Origin: Octopus vulgaris | Lineage: Eukaryota | NCBI GenBank assembly: GCA_951406725.2 | Contig: OX597818.1 | Span: forward strand, 122,574,001-122,638,000 | Length of the DNA: 64,000 bases | Reading direction: 5' to 3' | Translations under genes and position numbers: made by a program | The notes under the pieces: generated by a model | Seen by the model: only the letters and a program-made list of their open reading frames with translations | Told to the model about the DNA's origin: nothing | Database searches by the model: none | Shown: positions 12,991-26,200 of the stretch, piece by piece | Position numbering within the stretch: position 1 is the first letter of the stretch | How the letters are laid out: each line of letters starts with the position of its first letter

Positions 12991-14273
12991 TGGCAATGTC
13001 GATTAGATAGTAGGAATGAACTAATGAACCGCACATACATTTGATCAATATTAACAAGTCATTTGCGCAGGTCGTTGGCAAAAACTGAACACACACTTGT
13101 TGTCTTCGACGGGAGACTCCTTAATTATTAGTTTACTTTCGTAATCCTCAGTTATGCTTGTCTTTTATAATATTTCGGGAGAATGCAATATACCATCAAG
13201 AAAAGCAAAAGCATGGAGTATTTAAATTCATTCTTATTAATGTTCATAGTCTAAGGTAGGGTTACATTACCCCAATATTCCTTTTGTAAGATTTGGATTC
13301 ATGAGAATATAGCTGCAGTCGTTAGTATGTCGACATTTTATTTTACAGTAGATATTCGCCTATTCGCCCCACGATGAACTACTTTAAAAAACACTCATAA
13401 CGTCACTGCAGAATTAATGTTGTATTTATACTAACAGAGATGAGATATGTGGAAAGGTCATATAATAATGTGGGGAACAAGTCTGACAAGAACCAATTTT
13501 CTTGTAAATAATTTCAGCGAATAGTTTGTCCGATGCTCCTTGCTGATATCTGCCAACCGATAGAAAGATCATCAGCTTTTCTTAGATCTATTAGCCGGAG
13601 TATTTCTGGTTTCTGAGACACAACGTGTTGAATCATGGGTTTTTCAGAATCCCTGGTACTAATGAAACCAGGGTGTTATGAACACAGTCATCGTAAAAGA
13701 GGAACTGCTGTAACGTAACGGATATAACATATGTGCGTTCGAATCTGCCCGAAAGTATTAAGAAAAAATATGCTAGTTATCGCATTATAGGCATTTTCGA
13801 CGAAAGCTGTGTATGGTTGCTATTTAATACTATAAACCTCAGAAGTATATAAGAGACTAAATCGACCACGGATGTTTGCAGAGGAACCATGGAACCTACA
13901 CCCTCTACAATATGATTCGTTCGAGGTTCCTCAATGTTTTCGGAAATCATGACATTTAATAATTTAAGTAGTAAATACATGAGATATGATACAATATATA
14001 GTACCATAAAATAAAATGAAACAAAATAAAACACGTAAATGGTAAAATTAATTTTATTTAGACTCAGTCTGCTATATCTTAAAATTTAGAGAATATCCTG
14101 TACAAGAGAGTGTGTCAATTTTGCAAGAAGCAATTCGCCAAAACCGTAAGAGAAAGAAACAAGAGTATTATTATAATAAAAGAGGAAAGGAAAATCGGTA
14201 TTTCGGAATAACTGACGATGTCAAAGCTTGCTATATTAATGTTTTTTTTACTGTGTGTGTTCTTTAAGTTGTA

Positions 14274-14383
<110 letters not shown>

Positions 14384-15140
14384 GTATGAATGGATGTTGA
14401 ACATCTTTACACTTCACTACCGATTTTAATGCCTCACCACATTTTATATGAAATATATAATGAAATATTGATTTTTAAAACTTTATGTATATTATATAAA
14501 TACCCTGTTATGTATGTACGTATGTATGTATGTGCGTATGGGTGTATATACATACATACACATATATATATATATACATGTGCATAGATTGTATGAATAT
14601 ATATCTATATATATATATAGTATGTACGGATATATAATATATATATATATATATTGTAGATACAAATATATACAGTGAGTATATATATATTTTTGTGTGT
14701 AATATGTGTATACAAACACACACTTGAACATGGAGACACATACACACACACACATTTATATATGCATATATAAGTTCTTGTATATTTGCATATATTTATA
14801 GGTGTTCAAAAGTGTATATAAGTTGCTGTGTGCTCGTGTGTATGTGTGAGCGGATGTGTATGCGTGCGTGTGTTTGTGTGAGTGAGTGTGCTGGTGTTAG
14901 ATTATAAGCATGAGATTTAGAAGAGACAATAGGACGACTAAGATAACCCTCCTTGACTAAGTAAAAGGATTACGAAACTAAAGAAAGATACGGAAACAAA
15001 GACACACACTCACAAAAAACGTACACGCAAGCACACACACACACATACACACTCACGCATACACACATATACCAATGTCCGACGTAACAGAATGTCTTTA
15101 TTGCTAATATATGCAAACAATTTCGAAGACAGTTTACAAG

Positions 15141-15203
<63 letters not shown>

Positions 15204-15293
15204 GAAATGAGGTAATCAGAAGATCGGATGGTTTATATTTACAGATATTTATTTATATATTACATTTTTTACATATATATCATATCGCTTAGA

Positions 15294-15334
15294 TCATTAG
15301 CGCTTTCTCCCATTCTAGTGGGGTTTTCAAATCA
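15294..15334 (-). ncRNA. Minimal hammerhead motif with U3-A8 core variant, in cassette 15199-15364
   Basis: Minus strand: tgat-UUGAAAA-c-ccca ctagaa tggg-a-GAAA-gcgc-UA-atga, with palindromic stem III (agcgct). Partial fold-back copy at 15335-15364. Confidence 0.55.
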
Positions 15335-15360
15335 AAAACCCCACTAGAATGAGTGAAAGC

Positions 15361-15712
15361 GTTACGTTCTGAGTTCAAATTCTGCCGAGGTCGACTTAGC
15401 ATTTCATCCTTTCGGTGTCGATTAAATAAGTACCAGTTACACACTGGGGTCGATATAATCGACTTAATCCGTTTATCTGTCCTTGTTTGCCCTTTCTGTG
15501 TTTAGCCTCTCGTGGGTAGTAAAAAAATAGGTATTTCGTCTGTCGTTACGTTCTGAGTTCAAATTCCGCCGAAGTCAACTTTGCCTTTCACTCTTTCGGG
15601 GTCGATGAATAAAGTACCAGTTTCGCACTGGGGTCAATATAATCGACTTAATCCCTTTGTCTGTCCTTGTTTTCCCCCTCTATGTTTAGCCCCTTGTGGG
15701 CAATAAAGAAAT
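15361..15712 (+). mobile_element. SINE family A, dimeric form, 5' truncated
   Basis: Two tandem gttacgttctgagttcaaatt..gccga.gtc.actt...gtgggt/caa.aaagaaata units joined by taggtatttcgtctg. Confidence 0.9.
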
Positions 15713-16026
15713 ATATTACTAAGTCTCTCTAAAGGAGACTACGGCAGCTGTACTGGATATTAGCAGTTACCGCCAAGCTAACATGGCAGTCCATAAATAG
15801 AGGCCTAAAGCTGACGTTGATTAGCTCCAAAAGGTCACCGCCTCTAGCTAGCTATGTGACACACGAATCTGTGTGTCCATTATAACCTTCGAACATGGGA
15901 GGTCAGCCGCTTCCCCTTGCTGGTGAGGCATCTGCAGACATGTCTCAGGAAATCTGCCGTTACTCAATGCAGAGTAGCCAAAGCCAGCAGACGTCACTGC
16001 TGACCGTCTCTTATATATATATATAT

Positions 16027-17235
16027 GATTTGATTTTGATTTTGATTTTTCTAGTTTCAGCTAATGAGCTGTGGCCATGCTGGGGCACCGCCATTCGGTT
16101 TGCTACACGATTTTACTTCACATATGCTTTTTAGCAAACGCCATCTGATGCATGAGAGAGTTCGATGCAGCTGCTCTCATCTGCACCTCCTGTCGTGAAG
16201 TTGGTTCATCCGGGACACCTGACAGGAAGAGATCCAGTCCTACTTTAAAGACATCCGCATCTACACCATGCAGGTCCCTCAGGTTCTTCGGGAAGATATT
16301 GAAGAGCTGTGGGCCTCTGAAGCCCAGGCTATCACAATATCTTGTCCTACATCTTGATGGCAAATTTGGAGTCCTTGGTACTACGCAGTGGCGTCCGGTT
16401 CTGGCATTTGTGTGACTCTCGATGCCAAAGTCTGGGACAAGTCCTTCCAGGATCTTCCAGATATATATTATGGCATATCTTTCTCACCTACGCTCCAGGG
16501 AATAGAGTTTTAATCTCTTGAGTCTTTCCCAGTAGCTCATATGCTGCACAGAGGCTATCTTCTTCGTGTAGCTTCGTTGGATCGCCTCAAGTTCTGTGAT
16601 CAACTTGACACTGGATGGTGACCATAGCTGAGAGCAATAGTCAAAGTGGCTTAGGACAAGTGTCTTCCAGAGGACCATCATGGTTTCTTGTTCTCTTGTT
16701 CTAGAGGTTCTAAGAATCCATCCAGCCAGCCGTCTACATTTCATTGTCAGTTTAGCAACATGTACATGAAAGGTTGCGTCATCACTCATGTGAATACCCA
16801 GGTCACGCACTGATTGTGCCTCTGGGATTGCAATCCCTCCGGGTCCAGTGTATTCATTGGGTATTGCATTCAGTTTTGCATGCTGATAGTATAAAGCTTG
16901 AAACTTTTCAGCATTGAACTGCATGCTATTCTTTTCAGCCCACTTGTATATTTCGTCCAGCTCACATTGCAGGTGCTTAGTGTCTTCAGGGTTCTGTATT
17001 GCCTGTGAAACTTTTGTATCATCTGCATAACTTGTGATCGTGGCTCTGCGTGGCTGAGGGCATGTCTGAGAGGGCCATTATGAACAGTAGTGGTCCCAAA
17101 ACAGTGCCCTGCGAAACACCGCTCACTATTTGCGTGTTAATGGAAGTGGCCCCATTGGCTGCTACCACCTGACTTCTATTCTTCAGAAAGTCATGAAGCC
17201 ATTCTCCCAATTTTCCAACTATGCCAAGATCACGC
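16027..17235 (-). mobile_element. 5'-truncated CR1-group LINE (RT domain to 3' UTR), pseudogenised
   Basis: [18 protein letters not shown] after a frameshift, MQFNAEKF, VRDLGI, YCSQLWSP, LYSLERR*ERY, then a 3' UTR and (AAAATC)n tail. Confidence 0.92.
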
Positions 17236-17463
17236 AGTATATATATATGTATATACATATATATATATACATTATATATATGTGTGTGTATGTATATATG
17301 TATGCATATATATTCATATATGGATATATATATATATATATTCGTTTCTCATTGTGTTCGACGTTTTTTTTTGGTGTCCTGTACCCATATATGCGTGTAT
17401 ATATACATGTAGAGGTAGGTACTTACATATATGTATGTATATATGCATATGTTTTATTTATTA

Positions 17464-17518
<55 letters not shown>

Positions 17519-17562
17519 GCATATATACATATACATATATCTATATATATACATATACATAA

Positions 17563-17616
<54 letters not shown>

Positions 17617-17647
17617 ATAATAATATGTTACGTTACTCGATAGTCAA

Positions 17648-17708
17648 AATAAAACTCTGAGTTTCAGATGCCGAAGTGGGAATCCACAACGCCATCTCTT
17701 CGGTTATC
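17648..17708 (-). ncRNA. Hammerhead motif (CCGAAGA variant) in TA-flanked cassette 17625-17745
   Basis: Minus strand: gataa-CCGAAGA-gatggcg..gtggattcccac..cggcatc-t-GAAA-ctc a gag-UU-ttatt. Stems I-III pair. Confidence 0.62.
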
Positions 17709-17777
17709 TGGCTATTTTCTTTTGTTATCTTACCGTTTTACCAATATATATACATATATATATATATATTCATAGGT

Positions 17778-18065
17778 GAAGGCGCGTGGCTTAGTGTTTA
17801 GGGGCATTCGGCTCATGATAGTCCTTGAGCAAGACATTTTATTTCATGTTGATCCAGTCCACTCAGATGGCAAAAATGAGTAGTACCTGTATTTCAAAGG
17901 GTCAGCCTTGCCACTCACTATGTTCCGCTGAATCTGTCCGAGAACTACGTTAACGGTACATGTGATTAGGGAATGCACAGCCATTTACACGTTAATTTCA
18001 CGAACAAACTGTTCCCTTGATCGTGTCAACTGAGACCCACATCGCCGCAACCAGCGGTGTGCTGC
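17778..18065 (+). mobile_element. tRNA-derived SINE with a different head but the family C 3' half, diverged
   Basis: Head gaaggcgcgtggcttagtg. 3' part gtacctgtatttcaaaggg...gagaactacgttaa..ggtaca matches 1507-1690. Confidence 0.75.
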
Positions 18066-18146
18066 TATGTATATATATATATATATATATATATAGTGTA
18101 GGAAGAAATGGAGCTGAACGAAGACTTAACAAAATTCCTTTTTATT

Positions 18147-18229
18147 ATTTTCTACATGTTTCAAAGGCTGCAAAGTTCCTAATTCGGATTGAATAAGGAG
18201 TCCATTTGCAGCCTTCTCTTCAGGAAAAT
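18147..18229 (-). ncRNA. Type I hammerhead ribozyme (mirror copy)
   Basis: Reverse complement of 18426-18508. Confidence 0.8.
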
Positions 18230-18425
18230 CCAGGAACTTAATTCGCCAACAAAATGCACAGCAAGCTTTTCGACAAACGCTCACGAGGAGCCCATGGAAT
18301 AAATGGCACAAACTGTCTGTCAAAATGCATTTTGACAGACAGTTTGTGCCATTTATTCCATGGGCTCCTCGTGAGCGTTTGTCGAAAAGCTTGCTGTGCA
18401 TTTTGTTGGCGAATTAAGTTCCTGG

Positions 18426-18508
18426 ATTTTCCTGAAGAGAAGGCTGCAAATGGACTCCTTATTCAATCCGAATTAGGAACTTTGCAGCCTTTGAAACATG
18501 TAGAAAAT
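18426..18508 (+). ncRNA. Type I hammerhead ribozyme, canonical core, long stem II
   Basis: attttc-CUGAAGA-gaaggctgcaaa[30 nt]tttgcagccttt-GAAA-catg-UA-gaaaat: 6-bp stem I, 12-bp stem II, palindromic stem III acatgt. Predicted cut after A18502. Confidence 0.85.
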
Positions 18509-18715
18509 AATAAAAAGGAATTTTGTTAAGTCTTCGTTCAGCTCCATTTCTTCCTACACTAAATATATAAAACTTCAAATTTCCGCACTAAGGCACGGAT
18601 TTTAGACCCCATGATCGTAACCTCAACCGTGCTTTTCCTGTTGTGATTTTTGCTACCCAGGTATCGGTTATCATCTGAATAATCCGTAATAAGATAATTC
18701 ATTTATCTACTTCAA

Positions 18716-18751
<36 letters not shown>

Positions 18752-18764
18752 TATAAATAAATAT

Positions 18765-18915
18765 TCTTTTACTTGTTTAAGGCATGCTCGAGCTCTGCGT
18801 TAAAAAACCTTTATTCTATCGGTCTCTTTTCCGGAATCGCTTTCTTACGGTGGTATAAACACACCAGCACCGGTTGTCTAGCGGCCGTGTTGGGACAAAC
18901 ACAGATGCAAAAATA
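18765..18915 (-). mobile_element. SINE family B 3' half, diverged
   Basis: ttattctatcggtctcttttccggaa...aaacacaccagcaccggttgtc matches the reverse complement of 51355-51530. Confidence 0.7.
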
Positions 18916-18939
18916 TACACACGCAAATATATACCGCAT

Positions 18940-18981
<42 letters not shown>

Positions 18982-19352
18982 ATATCAGCTTAGTAGTTTA
19001 TCAATATACATGTGTTTCTCTTGTTGATTTTAAGTGAATATATAGAAATGCGCTGGAGCGTGGTTATGTGCTAGTATGCAAAATGTCTAGAAATCTGTTT
19101 TTCAATACACTCGTCAATAATGCCTGCTGTGAATGTACGTATATATTGTGTATACACGCACACACACACACACACAAACAAGCAAACAAATACACAAACA
19201 CACCAACACACACACAAACACACACACAGCCACACACCCACACGCCAAGTTGGTGTACGACAATAAATTTTATATATATAAAAGTCTATACATTCGTGTA
19301 TAAGTAGACACGAATATATATATTATATGTATATGTATATATATATTATATA

Positions 19353-19407
<55 letters not shown>

Positions 19408-19636
19408 TACATATATACTTACATACTTACATACACGCACATATATATATATATCCCATTCTGTTAATTTATATATATATATCGATACATATATAGATAG
19501 AAAGAGAAGGGAAAGAGAGAAAAAAAGAGATATATAGATACTTGTAGTATAGGTATGTACATACGTATATACATACTCACATACACAAAAACACACACTC
19601 ACAAACACAGACACACCGACACACACACACACACAT

Positions 19637-19701
<65 letters not shown>

Positions 19702-20317
19702 CACGTTCATATATATATATATATATATCTGTCAAATATAACAACGATGAAATTGCATAAATATTAGTTTAAATTGTACGAATGCTTACACAGAATTGAC
19801 GGGGGGGGGGAAATGCAATTACAAAACGGAATTACAAAGGTTTTTGCACAACTTTTGTTAGATATTCAATTTCAGTTTCCTTTCCGACGAAAAAAAATAA
19901 ATAAAAATAAAAATGTCGTCTCAAATATATCATAATTTTAATAAGAAGCCTAGAAATTAATAAGTATTTTTTGTTTGTATAGTAAACATACACAACACTA
20001 ATGCACTGTAATAACACAGGTAACTGTTAGCATGCTTAACATAGTAAATGATAAAAAATACAGCGGTAGTGAGGAACCACAATCGTAAATATATAAGTAG
20101 TTCTGGCTATGAGTGGCAAAGGAGGCACCTTCAAAATTGAAATTTTAAAAATATATTAGAATTGAGTGCAGAAATTCAATGAGGAGTGATTCTGCTCTTC
20201 CATTAGTGCAGATACAATTCTAGGAATATTTCGATTTCATTAAAACTCGTTTATCTATGTTACTGCCAGATCTTAGATGCTATATTTGGATGTATAGCGA
20301 ATAAATATCTGTTGGTA

Positions 20318-20575
<258 letters not shown>

Positions 20576-21567
20576 AAGAGAAGCAAATCACAGATCGTTA
20601 AGTATTACAGTGTCTTCGAAAGTGATGAATTGGAATGAAGATTATATTTTCAAATAAGAGATCGGTTTCGAATCCTTTCAAAATCTTGGGCACTGCTAAA
20701 TTGACGCAGTTTGCTGGTCAGTAGTCTCAAACTGTACTGCGGATTAAGTTTACTACTCAATATGCAATGATTTGAACCCAGAACATAGAGTATTGGTGGA
20801 ATGTTCGCCAATCTACCGCTCTGGGTTTTATAGTCGCCAGTAGATAAAATCAAAATTAACATTCGCAGGTGTTAACCGTTGGAAGAAATATGGCGAAGCG
20901 TTCGTCGTGAGACTTTAACGACACTACCAATATGGCAACTGAAGGATGCTCTTTTCACTACTATAGTTTATGTGGTTGTTTTCCTTCAGAAACCTTATAT
21001 GAAATACAGATGTTAAGTGCTTCACTCTTCCCTATCTCACCCATTTCTTTGTTGTTTGTATTTCTTATTGTAGTGTTCTATCTTTTGTATTTTTGTTGCT
21101 TGTACTAGGTCAAGCTTGATCAAACATATACAAACGAAGATATTCCAGCTGTGACCATACTGTCTTAGACTGCATCATGTATAATATGACTTCCCTTTTT
21201 GAAGTTACTGACGTTGCAGTTTCAGTGAAATTTGTCCATTTGTTTGCTATTTCTAGTAGTTCAAGAAAGCCATGATGTTACACGTACTACTGAACTGATA
21301 ATGCATTAGGGATAATGCCAAATGTAAACTATCGCGTGAATAACAAATTTCCTAACGAAAATGAGACAGGAAATTGTTTAATTCTCCAGTTTTCAATGGA
21401 AGAAGACCCGTGTTATCTTTCTAGACCAGTCGCAACCTTACTGCATCATTAAGCTAGAGTCTATCCCAGGTCTTTTAGTATCTGTTACTTCCCTGTTATA
21501 TCAACCATTTCCAACACCAACGGTTACGTTATGAATCGTGAATATTTATACTGCAATGACGCATATA

Positions 21568-22554
21568 CGATGATTGGCTGAAAGGTTCATAGGCTGACTA
21601 AGCTACTCACATGGAATGTCACCAAATGAATTTATATTTCGAAATAGTCCCCCCTTGCGGTCCGCACACTTCTTCCATTCGTGTTGCAGTGCTTGGATTC
21701 CTGTTCGTTAAAAAGTCACCACCAGCAGGTATGACGTCATTATCACTGCGATATTAGTTGTCAGTCAAGTGGTTTCTAATGTTGGGGAACAGATGATAGT
21801 CTGATGGGGCCAAGTGCAGAGAATATGGAGGATGATCAACCAGCTCAAACCACAGCCGCCATTGAAAGCATTTACTTGTAATTGGAGCTTTGTCGTTATG
21901 AAAGAAGACAACTTTCGTCAGTTTTCCTGGTAGTTTGGTTTTGACAGCCTTTCGTAACTGTCTCACCAAGTTCGCAAAGTACTCTTCATTGATGGTGTGA
22001 CAATTTTGAAGATAGTTTAATAAATACAATGATTTTTGCTCCCCCAAAGCCTGAGGTCTTCACATTCCCCGCAGATGAAACTAGTTTGGCCTTATTTGGA
22101 GCAGGCGAGGAGGGGCGTTTCCACTGCAGAGATTGTCTGTTTCACTCTGGCTCAAAGTGCTGAACTAAAAACTCATTCTGGGCGAGGAAACGTTCAAGAA
22201 AACCAGCTGAATCTTCCCCAAACAATGTTAAATTTGTTTTCTCTTCATATGATCATCCTGGTGCGCTTTTGATCGTTGTCAGAAGACTTGGCATCAACCG
22301 AGCAGGAAGCTTCGTCATGCTAAATCATTTTTTCTTAACTCTTTTATTCGTTTCAGTCATTTGACTGCGACAATGCTGAAACGCCACCTTCTGTCGAACA
22401 AGTCGATTCCAAACTTATTCTTTGTAAGCCTAGTACTTATTCTATCGGTATCTTTTGCCGAACTGCTAAGTTACGGGGACATAAACACACCAACATCGGT
22501 TGTCAAGCGATGGTAGAGAGACAAACACATATACAAAGATACACGTATTTACAT

Positions 22555-22622
<68 letters not shown>

Positions 22623-23265
22623 CGGGCCTCTTTCAGTTTCCGTCTACCAAATCCACTGGCAAGGCTTTAGTCGGCCCGAGGCTGTAGTAGAAGACACTTG
22701 CCCAAGATGCCACGCAGTGGGACTGAACCTGGAACCATGTAGTTGGGAAACAAGCTTTTTACCACACAGCCTCACCTATTCTCGACTCTCTCACGCTCTC
22801 ACTGAATATGTGAATAGCATTGGCTATTTGATTTATAGTCAATCACCTGTCATCCATTAGCATGTGGTGAACACAATCGATGTTTTTCTCGGTGACGGCA
22901 GTTTGGGGATGTCCAGACCTTGGGTCATATTCAAATCCCTTCCTTCCTCTCCTAAATTCGGCTGTCCAGTTTTGCCTTGTTGATAAAGCTGGAGTTGATG
23001 TAGCAGCCATATCAACATTAATGTCTTTGGAAGCTAAAACCTTTTTCTACAGGTACATGTTAACATCAAATTGTCGGATTTTGTCCATTTCGAAGAGAAG
23101 TCGCTACTAGTTACTTTTGAAATCTTCTTTGAACTGTCAGATATCAGTTTACCTGGAAAAGAAACAAGGCAGGTATTAATTAGAAACGTTGGAAATAATG
23201 CATACAAGAGTGAACTACTCTAACATCAGTACTTTATAGTCAACCTATAAACTCACGCAAGCCGG
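21568..23265 (-). mobile_element. Decayed mariner (DD34D-type) DNA transposon with a nested SINE
   Basis: TINEEYFANLVRQLRKAVKTKLPGKL..FFHNDKAP and HPPYSLHLAPSDYHLF. TIR-like ends ggctgaaaggttcataggctgacta and tagtcaacctataaact. Confidence 0.85.
22338..22777 (-). mobile_element. SINE family B (internal microsatellite), inserted in the mariner
   Basis: Reverse complement of the 52930-53400 type. Confidence 0.88.
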
Positions 23266-26200
23266 GAAACCCATAAAAGCCTTCAAGACACAAGGGATGG
23301 TACATTATTTGTACACTTCCTGATCCTTTCCCTTCCGCATATTCATATCATTTATCTCCCTCTCTCTCATTTGCCTTTGCAGTAAATGAAATCTCTCTGC
23401 TTAGTGTCAAAAACATTTATCCGCCTAGTTTTTCTATGCTTTACTTCATTAATTTAGTAATTAGATCTTCTTAGTCGCTTTTATTTTCTAGTTGGACTAG
23501 AGATATTTCTATTATTTTCCGTTTTGTTTTTCTGAAATATTGATTTGTATCGGTGCACTCAATCACATTAAAACATTACTTTACTAGCACTTACCTTTAT
23601 TGATCAGGTTGTAAAAAGGACAAACCGACTCTGCTGGGATATAGTTTTACGACGGAGCGCTAACGAGAGCTAACTGCTAGATGCTGTATCGATACAATTA
23701 GGCATTTTACTACACTGCTGAAATCTGCATCGCTTTAAATCACGTTTTAATACTGATTTCTATCAAAAGCATATTGCCTCGAATTTATTGGAAGAGAATA
23801 GTCATTTACACCATCTCCAGTACTTCACTGGTACTTAAAATTTTTTGACGGCGAAAAGGTTGTAATTCAACGTATACTTGGCATGGTTTGAATGCATAAC
23901 GTTAGCAATTAATTCCCGCAAGGAATTTTGTTCGATATTCTTGTAATTCTACCAGTCAGTTGTCAGTTGTGATATAAGCCAGTAGATAAACAGACTAGAA
24001 TGTCGAACAAAATTCGTCGCATTATTTAATTTCAGTCTTTTACGTTCTGAGTTCAAATCCCACCGTAATCAGCTTTAGCTACCATCCTTCTTTGAACTTG
24101 ATAAGGTGGTACTTTATATTGCTCCTCCTAATTTGACGGTTTTTGCCTACGGAACAGCTCAATAATAGCATGGTAAAGGAGGTCTTAGAAACTGGTAGAT
24201 TCGGTTGAATGGAAACAAAAACGCGTGGTATATGGCTACTGCCATTTATATTCTGAGTTTAAATTCTGCCGAAAGTTAACATATTGTAATATATTCCACC
24301 TGCCAAATTTGTCATCTGTGTCTATGTTAGTTTAGAAGTAAATATTAATAGGGGAAGTGATGCTTAGTCGAATAAACTACTTGATAGGCGAATAAAATAA
24401 ATTGCAGTGGTAGCAATTCTTTATGTTGCCGAGTTCAAATCCAATCGTAGGTTTGTGTCTTACTATTGATTTTGTGTTTAACTTTTTTCGTGTAGCTTCT
24501 TGTTGTTTTAGCTTTGTGTAGCTTGGTGAGAGCAGTCCTACATGGATGGGTAAGATTGATGCTGAAGGTGAATGTTTGTATAAAGATAGGCAAAACAAGA
24601 TCATCTCTACATGGTCGCTAGATTTGCTAGTAATAGCAACTAAATTTTCCTCAAATCACATATATTCGATAACACAGTCCTGGATAAACAGAAATAAAAA
24701 ATATGTGTGTAATAGTCATGGTTGGAACTTTGATTTTTTTTTGGTCAGTTCAAACAGGGCCTTAAGAGAAGCAAAACCAAAGTCGGTGAGGTGAGAATCC
24801 TAAAAGGTTGACGTGGTGGTTGTTGCGGTGCTTGAAAGAGCAAGAATGAGTGAGCTTCGGTAAATATAGACCGAATGTAACAGTTCTCAAAGACTATAAG
24901 CAGTTTTAGAAGCGGCAGAGAGGGCAGAGTGACAAGAGGGTGCGTTTGTGACTTACAGGTTGAAGTATATTGGTGCGTCTGTTTTTTTTGTTTTTTTTTT
25001 CGTCAATCAACTTCATTTTCAGTTCAGCTGCTTCCAACTTTTGTGTCTCGACACAATGTATGTAAACTCCAGGATGCTATAACGAGTCGGGTACGTGTCA
25101 AAATGTAGAATCAGACGGAAGTTCAATCGAAGTTATTAGACCGTTTGCGTATAGAGACAAGGCTTTTACATAGAGTATTTGCTAGATATATGTAGATATT
25201 TTCAGCTTTACACTACAGCACTTTACAATATGTAGTTGTAGTCTTGTTCCAAATGTGAGAGCATTGTGTTACATTGTGTCTTTCACACGAGTTGTCAAGA
25301 ATTGACCCTGTTATGAAATGGACTATTTTCTGACATTGAAGAAAGAGATCAGTGCGTGAAAAGCTGTGTTGCTTATTTGTAGAATACAAGATGGCTAGCT
25401 GTATACAATACTTTTGAAGAGCTTAACTGCTTATTGTCCTAAACTAGAAAAGGTATTATTGTACAATATTATTTTCTATTTTCTATTATTTGATATGGGC
25501 AATATTGAACGAAGTCAACAGCTATTTGTTTTCACTAGGGAAAGTTCGCAAAATCTTTGTTTATGGGGTCAGGGGAAAGTTGGCGTGCGGTGGCTAGGTT
25601 TCCTGTGGATGGCGTCTGTATGCAGTTTAGGGATAAGTGAAGAGTAGTGTCATTGGCACAGGAGTGTGGCTAGAGGTAACGAGATGATTAGTATGGGACA
25701 GAGTGAGGGGGAGAGAAAGAGATGATGGGTATGGGGCAGAGAGGGAGAGAGAGAAAAGGAGAGAAAGTGTGAGAGACCCAAATACTCAGTGCGATCAAGC
25801 ATTCTGTGAGGAAGTATGTAATACAAATGACAACAGAAGGTTAGAACAACCAGGGGAGCCATTCAGCCAATAGATTTAATGTTAAACACGGCAAAATGTT
25901 TTGGTGATTCTACATGAATAGACATGACTCGCGCCGACATTTTCAAGAAGGATGCCACTTGTGAGTAACACAACCAATAAACCCCTTGTAACGTTATTGA
26001 AGCTGAAGTGTTAATCACTTGGTAAAGGACGCACTCAAACAGTTAAAGGAGATTATTGACAATTGTTTCCATCTCCCTTGAAACTAGGAAGTTAGGACTA
26101 TAGGTAAATAGTTAGCAGAGTCAATGACATTGCTAAAGCTTGTTATATGTCACCATTTAGAAGGGAATATTGTGTAATATGGGGATATGTAATAGGAAGA

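Larger units (their letters stand above)
18094..18561. repeat. Perfect spacerless 468-bp palindrome forming the left part of a (TA)n-flanked cassette 18094-18720
   Basis: Centre ...caaaatg|cattttg... at 18327/18328. Identical mirror ORFs 18126-18401(-) and 18254-18529(+). The right arm continues uniquely to the (TA)n at about 18720. Confidence 0.95.

Noticed and set aside
13480-13720. Possible hAT C-terminal remnant (other faint transposase-like patches near 25000-25300, 27900-28600 and 38950-39120)
   Set aside because: Too degenerate to support a family call without a profile search.
15720-16012. Complex GC-richer segment between SINE A and the LINE tail
   Set aside because: Probably a repeat, but no second copy, TSD or coding signature is visible in this window.
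18126-18529. Twin identical 91-aa ORFs on opposite strands (and twin ORFs at 5105/5373)
   Set aside because: A by-product of the palindrome or inverted repeat; no recognisable protein motif.
20655-20850. Minus-strand gaaaccgatc with upstream hairpins next to (TA)n
   Set aside because: No CUGANGA with matching stems I and II could be assembled.
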